DNA from: Eledone cirrhosa
Taxonomy: Eukaryota
NCBI GenBank assembly: GCA_964016885.1
Contig: OZ024741.1
Span: 297,724,001-297,788,000 of the forward strand
DNA: 64,000 nucleotides
Reading direction: 5' to 3'
Below, in pieces: positions 1 through 12,338 of the stretch. The number at the start of each line of letters is the position of its first letter. Within the stretch, counting starts at the first letter, position 1. The position numbers were made by a program, and so were the translations under genes. Below the pieces are notes generated by a model. It did not search any database, was not told where the DNA came from, and saw only the letters and a list, made by a program, of their open reading frames with translations.

Positions 1-17
1 TAAAAGAAAAGAAATTG

Positions 18-2202
18 TCATCCCTTGAATCGCAAGAATGTTTTGCATATTTTGAAGGTGCCAGCTATCGCAGCCATTTGTAGACTATGAATTAGGGAGC
101 TGCGCTTTTTGTCCGCAAATCCAAGTTCGGTCATACTTTGGTCCAAGCGGGTTGGTATATAACCCGTAGCACCAATAATGATGGGTATGAAGCTAAAGGT
201 GTATCTTGGATACTGGATTTGTAAGCTCCTCATCAATGGTCCGTAGATGTCCTCCTTCTCCTGTATTTTTCTGACAACGTTTACATCAAGTGGGCAGCTG
301 ATCTCCACAACAGAACACGTTTTCAATGTGTGGTCCCAAACTACAATATCAGGCCGGTTGTGCTTTAATTTGGTGGCAGTTTTTATTTTCAGGTTCCACC
401 AGTATTCCTTAGTGCCATCTGTCTCAATATATTCTTCCTCGTTTGTTGTTAATTTTGTTTTCCGAAGTGCGTTCCAGATGGTTCTAGCTATCCCATCGTG
501 TCTCATGGGGAGGTAGTAGCGAGATGACATTCTTTCGCAGCTGGCAACAATGTGGCTTACATCCTCGATCTTTGTTTTACATAGCCTACATTTATTGTCA
601 GCTGCTGGCCCTCCTCTTTTGTGCAGCAGATATTTGGTAGGGAGTTCTTGTTCCTGTATTGCATAGAGATATCCCTCAAGGTGTGATGTCATAAACTTGT
701 CGGAACTCCATGCCAGGCTTTTTGAGTGGTTTATCCCCTCTATGGTCTGTGTTTTACGCCTCAAGTATCCATGCACAACTTTCTCTGTAAATTGGTCAAT
801 TTTTTTTTCTTGTTTGAACATTGAATAGGATCTTCCGATTTCTCTGGGTGAGAGATTTATATCAGGCTTTATTCCATATCTCTCCTCCAGATCAGTCGCT
901 ATTCTAATGATATTTCTTTTTTCATGCTCATAAACCTGAGCAAGATGGTCGCCAACCTTTTTCCTCTGTTGAAGGTGTTGCTTCAGTGTTACTATCCGGG
1001 TCTCATATGTTGTTAATATTGATTTTAGACCCCGGCCACCTTCCTTGCGTGAGAAGTATAGCCTATCCACATCACCATTGATGTTAAAGTTCCCAGTAAC
1101 ACTGAGAAGTTTTCGAGTTCTAACATCCATCCCACTTAGTTCTTGCAATGACCAGTTCAGTAGGCCAAATGTTGGCGTTAGAATTGGCACAGCATAGGTA
1201 TTGTGGGCAATGTATTTGTTGTATGCTGACAGTTCTGATGACCATATTTTTTTTACTCTTCTGAGGTATTCAGTTCTGGTTCTCTCCTTATTTATGGGTC
1301 CATCATATCTGACATTCTCATCCTGTCCAAGATATCTGTAGTTGTCACCTGACTGCAGAGGTTGTATTGTCAGGCCGTTCATATCTAGATTTCTAGAGGA
1401 GGGCACAGCTCTTCCACGTTTTACTGCCAAATATGCACACTTGGACTCACCAAATTTCATTTTGATGTCGGTTGAAAATTGTGTAATGAGGTCCAATTGT
1501 TTCTTGATGTCATTGATATTTGGCCCATACAACTTCAGGTCATCAACAAAGAAAAGATGGGAGATACTTCTGGGCCCACTTCTTTGTCCACCTTGTTTCC
1601 TGAGTAGGTAAGATAGTGGATTCAGTGAGAGAACGAAGAGTAGCACTGACAAGCTATCACCCTGAAAGATGCCCTTCTGGTAATGTATCCTATCAGTCTT
1701 AACCTGCTCCTTCTCACCTCTAAGGATCAAATTGGTGTACCAGTTCTTGGTCAGGCGTTCAACAGCAGCTACTAATGGTTGTGGGACTTTAGCTAACTGT
1801 AAAGCCTTAATAATCCACCCATGAGGTACACTATCAAATGCTTTTTGATAGTCCAGCCACACGACAGTCATGTTTCTGTGATTCTTTGTTGTTTTTTCCT
1901 GAATCATTTTGTTAGTTAGTAGGTGATCTATGCAACCCCACACCTCCCTCTTTCCACCAGCTTGCTCAGGTGTTATGATGTTGTTGGTAGCACAGTGATC
2001 CTGTAAGAACAGGTTAAGGCACCCAGTATATAATTTATACATGATGTTTTGGCAGGCAATTGGGCGGTAATTTTTAGCAAGGGTGGTTTGGCTATTTTTG
2101 GGAATGAGGAGAGTAGTGGCAGTTGATAACCATCTGGGCAGTTCTTGTGTGCCCTTAATGGTTTCTGTAAACAGCCGTATGAGATCTTGCCGATAGAAAG
2201 TG
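18..2202 (-). mobile_element. 5'-truncated RLE-type non-LTR retrotransposon, R4/Dong-like (RT + CCHC + restriction-like endonuclease)
   Basis: Uninterrupted ~728-codon frame with RT motifs NYRPIAC, WLDYQKAFDSVPH, IFQGDSLS, FVDDLK, YRYLG, then CRLC..HIVASC, RHD and NRPDIVVWD..VEISCP. The N-terminal HTYI run of the ORF is only the flanking (TACA)n. The 3' UTR runs off the window start. Confidence 0.92.
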
Positions 2203-2297
2203 ATGTATGTATGTATGTATGTATGTATGTATGTATGTATGTATGTATGTATGTATGTATGTATGTATGTATGTATGCATGTATGTATGTATGTATG
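2203..2297. repeat. (ATGT/TACA)n microsatellite at the 5' junction of the R4/Dong-like element
   Basis: Near-perfect tetranucleotide array seen directly. Confidence 0.97.
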
Positions 2298-2389
2298 CAT
2301 GCATTTATGCGCGGGGACATGGAAATAGTCGGTTTGGTACCCGAACGCGCGGTTAGCCCACTGGGGGTGAGAGACCCCTAGTTCTTGTT

Positions 2390-2440
2390 AAAACATCATT
2401 CTAGGAGAAGGAAAACTCTGATGTAAAATCTGAGACTCGA
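2390..2440 (+). repeat. Interspersed repeat, probably the 5' region of an RTE-type LINE
   Basis: CTAGGAGAAGGAAAACTCTGAT (2401-2422) recurs as its reverse complement at 15030-15051. The RTE assignment is recalled, not searched. Confidence 0.45.
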
Positions 2441-2584
2441 TTAAAAGGAAAGGCCATTTACTTAATGTTTCTGGGGACACTTTTCGGCCGCTTGTATTCG
2501 CGATCGTATTCTTTCGGTCATTACCCATAGGTAAGGGTTGGCACAAATACCGAATTGAAGATAGTGAGTTTAGTTTTTACACTT

Positions 2585-2880
2585 ACCTCCCTTCTTCTGA
2601 TGACCAAATGCTGAAGTCTGCGCATTACTGCTTCACCTCCAGCAATTCCTCACTTAATTCAGCGTTCTGCTTTCCATCACTCATGAACACGGCCCCGTGA
2701 TACTTAAACTTCTCCACCTGCTTCAGTAGAACTCCACTCACATGTTGGGTGCATTGTCCTGGCTTCCTTCAGAGGAAGAGTGTCTGTCTTGGCAGCACTA
2801 ATTTTCATTGAAGCCGTGCAGCACTGGGCAGCAAAACTATCAAGTGCAGATCACCTTCTGACGAGTTAAGTAGTACCAGC
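2585..2880 (-). mobile_element. Degenerate RTE-clade (Rex3/Expander-like) RT fragment
   Basis: Translates with frameshifts to LVLLNSSEGDL..ALDSFAAQCCTASMKISAAKT..VLLKQVEKFKYHGAVFMSDGKQ. Confidence 0.75.
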
Positions 2881-2886
2881 TGGACA

Positions 2887-2985
2887 GTTGATCTTCGACT
2901 TGCACTTGATAGGTTTGATGCCGAGTGCTGCATGGCTGCAATGAAAATCAGTACTACGAAAATTGAGACACTCGCCCTCTCAAAT
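2887..2985 (+). mobile_element. Short RTE RT fragment inverted relative to 2585-2880
   Basis: Translates to VDLRLALDRFDAECCMAAMKISTTKIETLALS, homologous to the adjacent minus-strand fragment. Confidence 0.65.
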
Positions 2986-3161
2986 ATCTCAGGGCCGTAT
3001 TCAAGAGTGATGGAAGGCAGGAAGCTGAATTAAGTGCAAGAATTGCAGGAGCTGGTGCAGTAATGAGAGTCACTCCAGCTTGGCTGGTTTCGCTTGGGGA
3101 TCCAGCTGGATCAGTTGGAAACGGTGGCTTCTGACAGGACCGCTGGAGGGAGTGCTTGAGG

Positions 3162-3270
3162 AAGAAGAAGAAGAAGAAGAAGAAGAAGAAGAAGAAGAAG
3201 AAGAAGAAGAAGAAGAAGAAGAAGAAGAAGAAGAAGAAGAAGAAGAAGAAGAAGAAGAAAGAAGAAGAAA
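3162..3270. repeat. (GAA)n microsatellite
   Basis: Seen directly. Confidence 0.97.
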
Positions 3271-3581
3271 TTATTGTTATTGTTATTATTAATCAGAGTG
3301 GAGAGGGAAGTGCTTTCTTCCCAGCAATTTGTTCAAAGATGGGTGAGAGAAACAAGCATGGCCCGAGTGAATGGGCATGCTCAGAGTATGCGCCTGTAAA
3401 TTGGAGGTGGAAAACTGGGAGAGGGCAATTGCCCTGGTAGTCAGGGTCACCGTGGCTTTTTTAATGGCCTTTCTCTACGAGTGTCCCTAGGAAGTCTCCC
3501 CCATATTGGAGAATTTTCCTTTGTTTCTTTTTTTCTGTCATTTCCTTTGGGTTTTTTTCTTTACACGCAGAAATGCCCATT

Positions 3582-3631
3582 TGTACCGTCCTGTACCGTC
3601 CTGTACCGTCCTGTACCGTCCTGTACCGTCC
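3582..3631. repeat. (TGTACCGTCC)x5 10-bp tandem repeat
   Basis: Seen directly. Confidence 0.9.
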
Positions 3632-3682
3632 TTAATGATATACTTTAGGTCAACCCTTGAGGTTATTAAAAAAAACATTATA

Positions 3683-3717
<35 letters not shown>

Positions 3718-4122
3718 GGACTTGGCAGTATCAGTATAGTGTCAGACAATAGGCTTTGCGGCATATAGTTGCGTCCCTTTACGTTCTAAGTTCAAATCCC
3801 GCCGAAGTTAGTTTTGCCTTTCATCCTTACAGGTTCGATAAAATAAAGTACCAGTAACTCACTATGGGTCGATTTAATCAAATTTCCACTCCCCTCAAAT
3901 TGTTGGCGTTGTGCCTAAACCAGAAACTATTATTGTGGATTGGCAGCATCGGTAGAGGGTCGGGCGCCATGCTTTGAGGCATAGAGTTACGGCCCTTGCT
4001 ATTCTGAGTTCAAATCCCGCCGAGGTTAACTTTGCCTTTCATCCTTACGGGGTCGATAAAATAAAGTACCAGTAATGCACTGGATAATTGCTGGCCTTGT
4101 GCCAAAAGTAGAAACAATTATT
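3718..4122 (+). mobile_element. Two tandem tRNA-derived SINEs (family A)
   Basis: Each copy has TTGGCAG..A-box, B-box GTTCAAATCCCG, core GCCTTTCATCCTTAC.GG.TCGATAAAATAAAGTACCAG and tail TTGTGCC..AGAAAC.ATTATT. The family recurs more than 10 times in the window. Confidence 0.85.
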
Positions 4123-4188
4123 AAATACTCACAGATACATACATACATACATACATACATACATACATACATACATACATACATACAT

Positions 4189-4790
4189 AGCCTGGCATGG
4201 AGTTCCGACAAGTTTATGACATCACACCTTGAGGGATATCTCTATGCAATACAGGAACAAGAACTCCCTACCAAATATCTGCTGCACAAAAGAGGAGGGC
4301 CATCAGCTGACAATAAACGTAGGCTATGTAAAACAAAGATCGAGGATGTAAGCCACATTGTTGCCAGCTGCGAAAGAATGTCATCTCGCTACTACCTCCC
4401 CATAAGACACGATGGGATAGCTAGAACCATCTGGAACGCACTTCGGAAAACAAAATTAACAACAAACGAGGAAGAATATATTGAGACAGATGGTACTAAG
4501 GAATACTGGTGGAACCTGAAAATAAAAACTGCCACCAAATTAAAGGGCAACCGGCCTGATATTGTTGTTTGGGACCACACATTGAAAACGTGTTCTGTTG
4601 TGGATATCAGTTGCCCACATGATGTAAAAGTTGTCAGAAAAATACAGGAGAAGGAGGACATCTACGGACCATTGATGAGGAGTTTACAAATCCAGTATCC
4701 AAGATACACCTTTAGCTTTATACCCATCATTATTGGAGCTACGGGTTATATACCAACCCGCTTGGACCAAAGTATGACTGAACTTGGATT
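4189..4790 (+). mobile_element. Second, shorter 5'-truncated copy of the R4/Dong-like element
   Basis: Near-identical reverse complement of about 117-719 (SLAWSSDKFMTSH...TELGF). It starts directly after (ACAT)n at 4135-4188. Confidence 0.92.
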
Positions 4791-4863
4791 TCTATCTTCC
4801 AATGAAGGAATAACGTTGAGACTCTTTTCTTAGTATATCGAGTGTGAAACTAATATATACCAT

Positions 4864-5487
4864 TTGCGCATCGGCGTTTCCTTGAGGCTCGGCCTCCGGA
4901 TCTGCCAACCACACCAATGTCGCTGCGGTTCCACCGTGGACTCTTTCGACCTCCACCCGCTTTCCTGTCGCCACAGTGCCGGCCGCATTCCACGCCATGC
5001 TGCCCTCAACGAGGTCATTAAGCATGGCTTGGACGCTGCAGGCTTCCCTTCCCAGCTCGAGTCGGTGGGGCTGGATCGATGGTACGGCAAAAGGCCAAAT
5101 GGCATGACCCTCTTCCCGTTCCACGGTGGCAAACCCCTCGTCTGGGATGCCACTTGCACCGACACTTTCTGCAGCCGCAACCTGGTGCAGTCTGCGACTG
5201 ACCCAGGTTCTTCTGCACGCCGGGCTGAGGGGGCCAAACTCCTCAAATACCGGTCGCTCTCCGACAGGTTTGCGGTCGTACCCCTGGCAGTGGAGATTTC
5301 TGGTGTCCTCGGTCCCATGGCTACCTCCTTACTCACCACCATAGGCGCTGAGCTGGTCAGCCGCAGGTGTGAGCCCCGTGTGTTGGAGGGGCTTTTCCAG
5401 CGCGTCTCCCTTGCCGTTCTCCGGAGAAACGTCTTCTCTATTCTGTCCGCCGGGGCTGTGGGTGGGCCCCATCGCGTACCGTTGTAG
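4864..5487 (+). mobile_element. CRE-clade non-LTR retrotransposon 3' fragment (Zn knuckle + RLE)
   Basis: GC-rich island encoding RIGVSLRLG..CRCG..HPLSC..RH..KRPNGMT..WDATC..VPLAVEISG..QRVSLAVLR.N. Confidence 0.85.
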
Positions 5488-5787
5488 TTGTTGTAGAAGA
5501 AACAGGAAGACAACAACTGGAAACTACATGGTGGGTACTGAAAATTTAATTAAAGCTGCCCAATTATTTTGAAAACGATCTGAATCGATACGTGCCTAAA
5601 TAATTTAGATATAATGTATTATTATAACAAGACCATCACAACATCATTGCACGCTTGTGTTGTTTTCCTTATTGAATTTTTGCATATAATGTATATATTT
5701 GACAACATGCACGTTTGTTTTATTAAATATTCACCTAAATATATATTTATAAGTGTGTACATATCTAAACATTCTGATATTCTGCAG

Positions 5788-5985
5788 CTACAGCCCGGAT
5801 ATGTATTCTGTTGCTACTTCACTGTTTGCTGTACAAAATATACAATCACCTCTACTGGCTACACACCTTTACTCCTTTTTATATATTCACGAAGAGATAC
5901 AAACGTCTTAATGTCCACAACAGCCTCGGTGCTCAACTTTACCGACCAAGTTTTAACCAATTGCTCAAAGACATATTTTCTTCTG
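5788..5985 (+). CDS. Candidate upstream exon of the filamin-like gene
   Basis: tctgcag acceptor (ends 5787) and TCTG|gtgaga phase-1 donor (5986), with an open frame that joins the phase-1 acceptor at 7262. No recognisable domain and no in-frame ATG. Confidence 0.25.
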
Positions 5986-6048
5986 GTGAGATATGTATTC
6001 TCGTATTTTAGCGGTCATTGTTATTATTTTTGTTTTTGTTGCTGTTGT

Positions 6049-6133
6049 TCCTTCTTCTTCTTCTTCTTCTTCTTCTTCTTCTTCTTCTTCTTCTTCTTCT
6101 TCTTCTTCTTCTTCTTCTTCATCATCATCACCA

Positions 6134-6188
<55 letters not shown>
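6049..6188. repeat. Compound (TTC)n(CAT)n(CTA)n microsatellite
   Basis: Seen directly. Confidence 0.95.
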
Positions 6189-6439
6189 GCAGTTGATGGT
6201 GATTTCTCTAATCCTTCTGATTGAGAATAGTTTGAAATGTGAACGCATCATAGCTGATGGTTAAAAAGTCCGCCTTGCAGCCATTAGGCCCCAGGTTTCT
6301 TCCCACTACGTAGCATTTTAGACAAGTGTCATTTTTCATCACCACAGATCGAATAATTCCATGTGAGTGAAATTGAGTAGAAGGAAACAATTTGGAAGCC
6401 CGTCGGATGGATTGTGTAATTCTATGGTTCAGCTTAGTC

Positions 6440-6570
6440 ACATGCTGTGTCACACCTGATCTCCCTGTAAATTACATTAAGAGTACATGTGTCTGAAGAA
6501 TGCTCAGTCACTTCACGAGCAGGCTGTTCCGTTGGTCGAACAACTGGAACAATCATCGTCAAACGACATA
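6440..6570 (+). mobile_element. SINE/LINE 3'-tail repeat (family C)
   Basis: GAATGCTCAGTCACTT..GAGCAGGCTGTTCCGTTG..AACTGGAAC recurs at about 19495-19600 (+), 53560-53720 (-) and 57310-57430 (-). Confidence 0.65.
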
Positions 6571-6608
6571 ACTCCATCGAGGTCCATTGAGTCTGAGAGT
6601 GATTTACC

Positions 6609-6675
<67 letters not shown>

Positions 6676-6947
6676 TCCATTGTGGGTTCTATGATCTTTT
6701 CTAGGCCTGAACATAGCTGATTTCTTCCAGAGAAGGAGTGGGAAGGGTGATGGCGAAGAATTGAGAAAAAAATATAGAGGAAGAATCGACATTTTAATTT
6801 ATCAACTGGTATTTTAATTTATCAACTCCGGAAAGATGAAAAGCAAGGTTCACCCGAGTGGAATTTGAACTAAGAACGTACAAGTCTAATGTTCTACAGA
6901 TTCTGATAATCTACCGACAATCCTGTGCCTAAATCAAAAACCATTAT

Positions 6948-7139
6948 TTGTGGATTGGCAGTATCGGTAGAGGGTCGGACGCCATGCTTTGGCACATAGA
7001 GTTACGGCTCTTGCTATTCTGAGTTCAAATCCCGCTGAGGTTAACTTTGCCTTTCATCCTTACGGGGTCGATAAAATAAAGTACCAGTAATGCATTGGGT
7101 AATTTGCTGGCCTTGTGCCAATAGTAGAAACAATTATTT
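6948..7139 (+). mobile_element. tRNA-derived SINE family A (a degenerate minus copy lies at about 6780-6915)
   Basis: Same head, core and tail as 3935-4122. Confidence 0.85.
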
Positions 7140-7261
7140 GTTAATGTTATTAGTGTTGTTGGTGATAATAATGTTGTTATTAAAGTAACAGGTTTTAAGT
7201 GTTGTTCTTGTTATAAATTTTCTTTTCTTTTTATTTGTGTGTTATTGCCGATGCATTGCAG

Positions 7262-7488
7262 AAAACCAACGAAAGGTGAAGCTGCTGACATGGATCTCCA
7301 ACGTTGTACCACAATTTCAAGTGACCGACTTTCACACGTGTTGGAATGATGGTATTGTCCTCTGTGCTTTTTTAAACGCCGTTTGTCCTGGTATATGTCC
7401 ACACTTTAACTTTCTACAACCACACAATCGTGTCAATAATTGTCGTCTTGGATTACAGTTGGCAAACGATTATTTGAATATACCTACG
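7262..7488 (+). CDS. Filamin-like gene, exon encoding most of a calponin-homology (filamin CH2-type) domain
   Basis: ttgcag| acceptor and |gtgagt donor. Encodes LLTWISNVVPQFQVTDFHTCWNDGIVLCAFLNAVCPG...NCRLGLQLANDYLNIPT and joins in frame to SLISPEE of the next exon. Confidence 0.85.
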
Positions 7489-7744
7489 GTGAGTAATATG
7501 AACTGGTGTTTACATACACACACACACACACACATATATGTGCATTAGCTCAATTGTATTTATATGTTATTGGTCTGATGAAAAGGTAGATATTTTAGGG
7601 AGAAAAGGTTGTAAAGGCAGACATAAACACAGCAAAAATAATCAAATAATATAGATGGAAGAATTAGGTTTTAGATCATTTTTAATTCCATAAGAATAAT
7701 TTGAAAGCTTACTTTTCCATATCTCTCTCTCTCTCAGTCTCTCT

Positions 7745-7798
<54 letters not shown>

Positions 7799-7805
7799 AT
7801 ATATA

Positions 7806-7974
7806 TAACAAAGAGGGTGTGGTAAGATACCAAGTGGACCATAACGCGCCAGAGTACTCGATACTTTGGGCAGTAGAGTGGGTAATATGAAAAGATTCAG
7901 GACTCCGACAGCTGAGCTCCAGCCGTTTCGACAGCTAAATCTGAACGGATCTAGCTGTCGAAACGGCCGGAGCC

Positions 7975-7976
<2 letters not shown>
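7806..7976. mobile_element. (TA)n-embedded short repeat, family P2 (Penelope pLTR-like), with a terminal hairpin
   Basis: GTGTGGTAAG..ACCA.GTGGACCATAAC..GTACTC.ATACTT recurs at 33727, 46065, 46583 (-) and 46652, with a partial copy at 60244. A fold-back AGCCGTTTCGACAGCTA/TAGCTGTCGAAACGGCC lies at its end. Confidence 0.65.
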
Positions 7977-8026
<50 letters not shown>

Positions 8027-8088
8027 TTAATCTATTTCTTCCATGTACTCTGCCGTTTGTATTGTTAGTTCCGTTTACCTTTTACACG

Positions 8089-8173
<85 letters not shown>

Positions 8174-8438
8174 GCGCGCACACACACACACGCACGCACA
8201 CGCACACGCGCACACACACACACACACACACACACAACATTGCTAATTTTTATTTCATGTGGTGACACGCTAACGTGTGTTGAAAATAATTCTAGTTATA
8301 AAATTTGACTTTACCTCTGTCGCAATTTTAGTATTTATTGTCCAGTTCAGATATTTTTATACAAATTTCTTCATACATTAAGAAACGTATCATTTCCACA
8401 AAATATTACTTAAATTCTGTATTTCTTTATATTTTTAG

Positions 8439-11400
8439 TCATTGATCTCACCAGAAGAAATCGCCATAGCAAACAATGTCGAAACAGCTAACAAAATATT
8501 TCGGTTGGCTTACATGATAAAACTTACAGCAGAGCAGCAAAAGTGGATACCATTTAATGATTGCAGCGACGTTCTAGATAAACTCATTGATCACTCTAAC
8601 ACCACTTTAGTTATCAATGGTTCTGGATATAAACAGGCAACTGTCGGTAGAAAATCTCAGTTTACTATTTCATATTTGAAGAAATTTCCAACGTACCTAA
8701 AATTAAATATCCTTGGTCCGAGCGTCTCAGACAGTTTCTCTCGGAAACTGACTGATTTAACCGTTACTGATCAGCAGATTAATTCACACCATCAACAAAC
8801 CAACAGATTTTCACTACAAAGTAATGCAATTTCTGATTATGATAGTGACGGGACATTCAAGAAGGATGATAACGCTCTAGAAACAATTGCTTATGATTAC
8901 AAGCTGTCGATGAATGGTACATCTCTGGTTACATATATTCCTCGTAAAACTGGTATCCATTATATTAGTGTCCAACTGCATGACACTGACATTGATGGCA
9001 GTCCATTCCGAGTTATAGTTAGTCATCCAATTTCGTCTCATTCAAACTCAAATGCTTTGCTTCTGAAAAGTCTTTCTGTTGACACGCCGGTTCTATGGGA
9101 CAATAACAGGCGCCTGAAAGTAAAGAAATTACGAGTGGTCCGCAGAACTTTACTGCCGAATAACATCAAAGAGGATAACGACACACGCGATTTTTCAAAC
9201 AGTGTTGCAGATGTTAACAATACCGATCAAATAGTATCCAAAGATTCACCTCAACAATTCACAGAGACCAATTTAGTGACATCACAAGAGGATACTATAA
9301 CAACATCAGCCACTTCAAACCCGTCATCTGAAAGCATGGCAGTAGACGGTTTTCCTGACTCAAATACTTCAACAGACACAGCATACACAAGCAGTAGTTC
9401 CTCTAGTGGTATAACCAGTACATTACTGGTCGACGACGTTATTGAGCCTAATTTCTTGTTAAACCCTGGAGATGAAAACACAAATTTAATGAATACAGAT
9501 ATATATTCATCAAGCGAATTTTTCACACCTTCTACGTCTCCGCGACATTTTTGTAAAAACAGAGAAAGAGAACATTTCGCAAATGAAGAAAATTCGACAT
9601 ACGATTATCAAACCAACTACTCGGACGAACTGATACGAGACTCAATATTTCGTGAAAGAATACAACCCCATGCTAACGCAGAGAAAATCAACAGAATTAT
9701 GTTAGGTTCTGAGAGTAGTGCCTTTAACAGAGTTGTCAATATTCGGAAAAGTTTGTCATCGCCAAATTCAGAAAAATCTCCAGAGTCCTCTGCTGTAGAC
9801 ATTTACTTCCGTGGAACAGAAAATAAAGGTAACTTCTGTTCTCCGGGAAGTAATCACGGTAAAATAGATCCATCAACTAGAGATCGCATGTGTCGATGCT
9901 TTAGTTACAATTCAAATTTTCAAGATACTGCTCCAAAAAGTTTAAAAAATGAAGAATCTATGGATGTCTTCGATTTGTTGGACAATATAAATTCCCTGAG
10001 TTCTGACCAATCACACGAGAACAGCAGACGTTTATTTCAACGCCCAAGATCACCCTTTTGTGGAAATATTGAGATGAATGAGTTAGTTAGGAGAAAGAAA
10101 AATTTCAAAGAAGGTGGTTATAATTCAAATGTTGAATGCTCACCTCACAGTTTGTCTAATGATGAGAAACACACATCTAGTTTTTATTCCCCTAAGAATA
10201 AAAGTAAGAACAGATCATTGCGGAAGAATAAAACCCTTTCTGTCAATTCACCTGCATTTTCGAGGTTTTCTTCCGCAATCGATGAAGTTCCTATGAGGAA
10301 GAATATCTCAACACACTGTGGATATCATAACTTATCGTCTCCACAAGAAATATTTAATGAAAACTCTCCAATCAAATCAAATATATGGCAACAGCAGATT
10401 CCATGTAAAAATTGTGTATATGGATTTAATGCCAATCAAACGAGTGTTGAATCTCCATTCTATCATCAAGGTGGGAGTAAAGTGAATGAAGAAAATTTTC
10501 CATCTGTCGATAAAAGTCTAAATATTCCTTTTTGTAATACCTCTGGCTGTCTTCCATCTTGTGGAATACATACTAACCCTGCTTCTGATTCTCATGATCA
10601 AGGTAAGATTTTTAAATCGGAAGTAAAAATTTTCCTTCAAACACCACGGAAGCAGCACAATTCACGGATAAATTATGAGGACAAGTGTGAAAATATAAAC
10701 ACAAGTAACTGTCAAAATAGTTTGTTGGTGAAGAAACGCAAGTTATTAGTATTACATAACTACAATATCAATAATAAGAATGAAGCTTTGGGTAGCACAA
10801 CCGACGGTGATGCTCTCCCATTTCCTGTTTACTGTGCCGAAACAAATTCGAACAAAGGTGAAGTACCCACTATTATTCTTCAACAAACTTCAATATCTGA
10901 CCCTAACGAAACAATAGACGAAAACAGCCAATCGTATATTCAAGATTGGATAAGTGACTCGGGCAAAGTACCAGTACGTCAATTCACAACAGAAACAAAT
11001 GACAGTGGTATTGCAATAAATTCTAGATCTCCTTCCCCACAACGAATTAACGTGTGTGGTGGAAGGAATGCAACAAAAAGAATGAGTGTTTGTGATGTCC
11101 CAACAAAAACTTTTACAAAGTATTCAGACTTTCAGAGGCAAAAATTTCGAAAAAAAGATCGTTTCTCAGAAACATCGGCCGGTAAAAGACTCGGTGACTT
11201 AAGTAACTTAGAGGAATTTGATAACTTTAATCGGTCGAAGCTTGAAGAGAGTGAAACTCAACGAGAACATTTCAGAAAAAATTCAATGTTCAGAGATCTA
11301 GAAGAATTTCTTTCAAGTGAACTGTATAATGGAGCTTTGCTGAAAGCGATTTTGAATCCCAGTGAAATACATAACGACTCCTCTGTTAATGAGGATACAC

Positions 11401-12338
11401 AAAATAAAGTACGTGAATCAATGGATCAAAAATATTTAACTGATCCATATCATCAGAAACAAGATGTTACAAGTGCCTGTTATTTTGGTGATCGCTCACA
11501 TGAAACGAGTGAAAACCTTTTCAAAAAGTATCATTCCATACATCGGTGGTCTGAATGTTCAGAAAAATCAGGTTTATATTGGGATCATACGTTAGAAAGA
11601 CGGAAAAGTGACATTCCACAATTCAGCCCACATCATGACATCGACCGCTTCAAAAGTAATCAATCAGGTGCATATAGAGGATCTTACACTCGTCAGTACC
11701 AATCATACTCTCACGGTCTCAATGAACTTCCACTAACTGATACTGAAGACGAAATGCATAGCAATGATATATTTGATGAGCAGACATTTACTTCAGTGTC
11801 CAGTTCACCAGAGCCAGAAAACTATTACCAATATTTAGATAGATCAGATGCTACAAATATATCTTCATTGGCAGACTTTGAAGAATTAGCTTCAATAGGG
11901 GAGCCAGCACTGGGAGAACTGCCAACATATCTCAGCTGTAACTGTTGTTCAAACAGTATAAATGTTAGTCAGAATTTTTATAATACAAACAAAAAAAAAA
12001 CTTGCGAAATACATAAGTTAGATGACATTTTTGACATAGGAAATATTCAAACAAACACCAGTCCTGCTAACAGGGACTTTCAAAAACAATGCAACCCGTT
12101 GCCAGATACCTCTTTTTATCCATGGTGCGTCGACGAATCAGAGCTAAGTCATTCCAGTGATTGGTTACCGAGTAGTATCTCGATGGCAACTCACGAATTA
12201 TTATCTCCAAGCATGGAATGTCTATTTACATCACTTCATAAAGCCATAGCTGCGACTGAAGAAATACCTAACAGTGTGTGCTATGCTCTTGGACCAGGAC
12301 TAGAATCTGGGTATGTGAAAACTTTCAACTTCTTCCAG
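8439..12338 (+). CDS. Filamin-like gene, giant 3,900-nt exon (CH end, filamin repeat, long Ser/Asn-rich region, start of second filamin repeat)
   Basis: ttttag| acceptor and CAG|gtaagt donor, both phase 0, with 1,300 open codons. Filamin motifs GSGYKQATVGRKSQFTI..ILGPS..VTYIPRKTGIHYISV..IDGSPFRVIV and CYALGPGLESGYV. Confidence 0.88.

Noticed and set aside
2203-2300. ATG start and HTYI N-terminus of the 760-aa ORF (also in the 4075 ORF)
   Set aside because: In-frame read-through from the microsatellite and SINE into a 5'-truncated retrotransposon.
3990-4030. tRNA genes at GTTCAAATCC/GTTCGATCC motifs throughout the window
   Set aside because: No complete cloverleaf; each is followed by a shared SINE core and tail.
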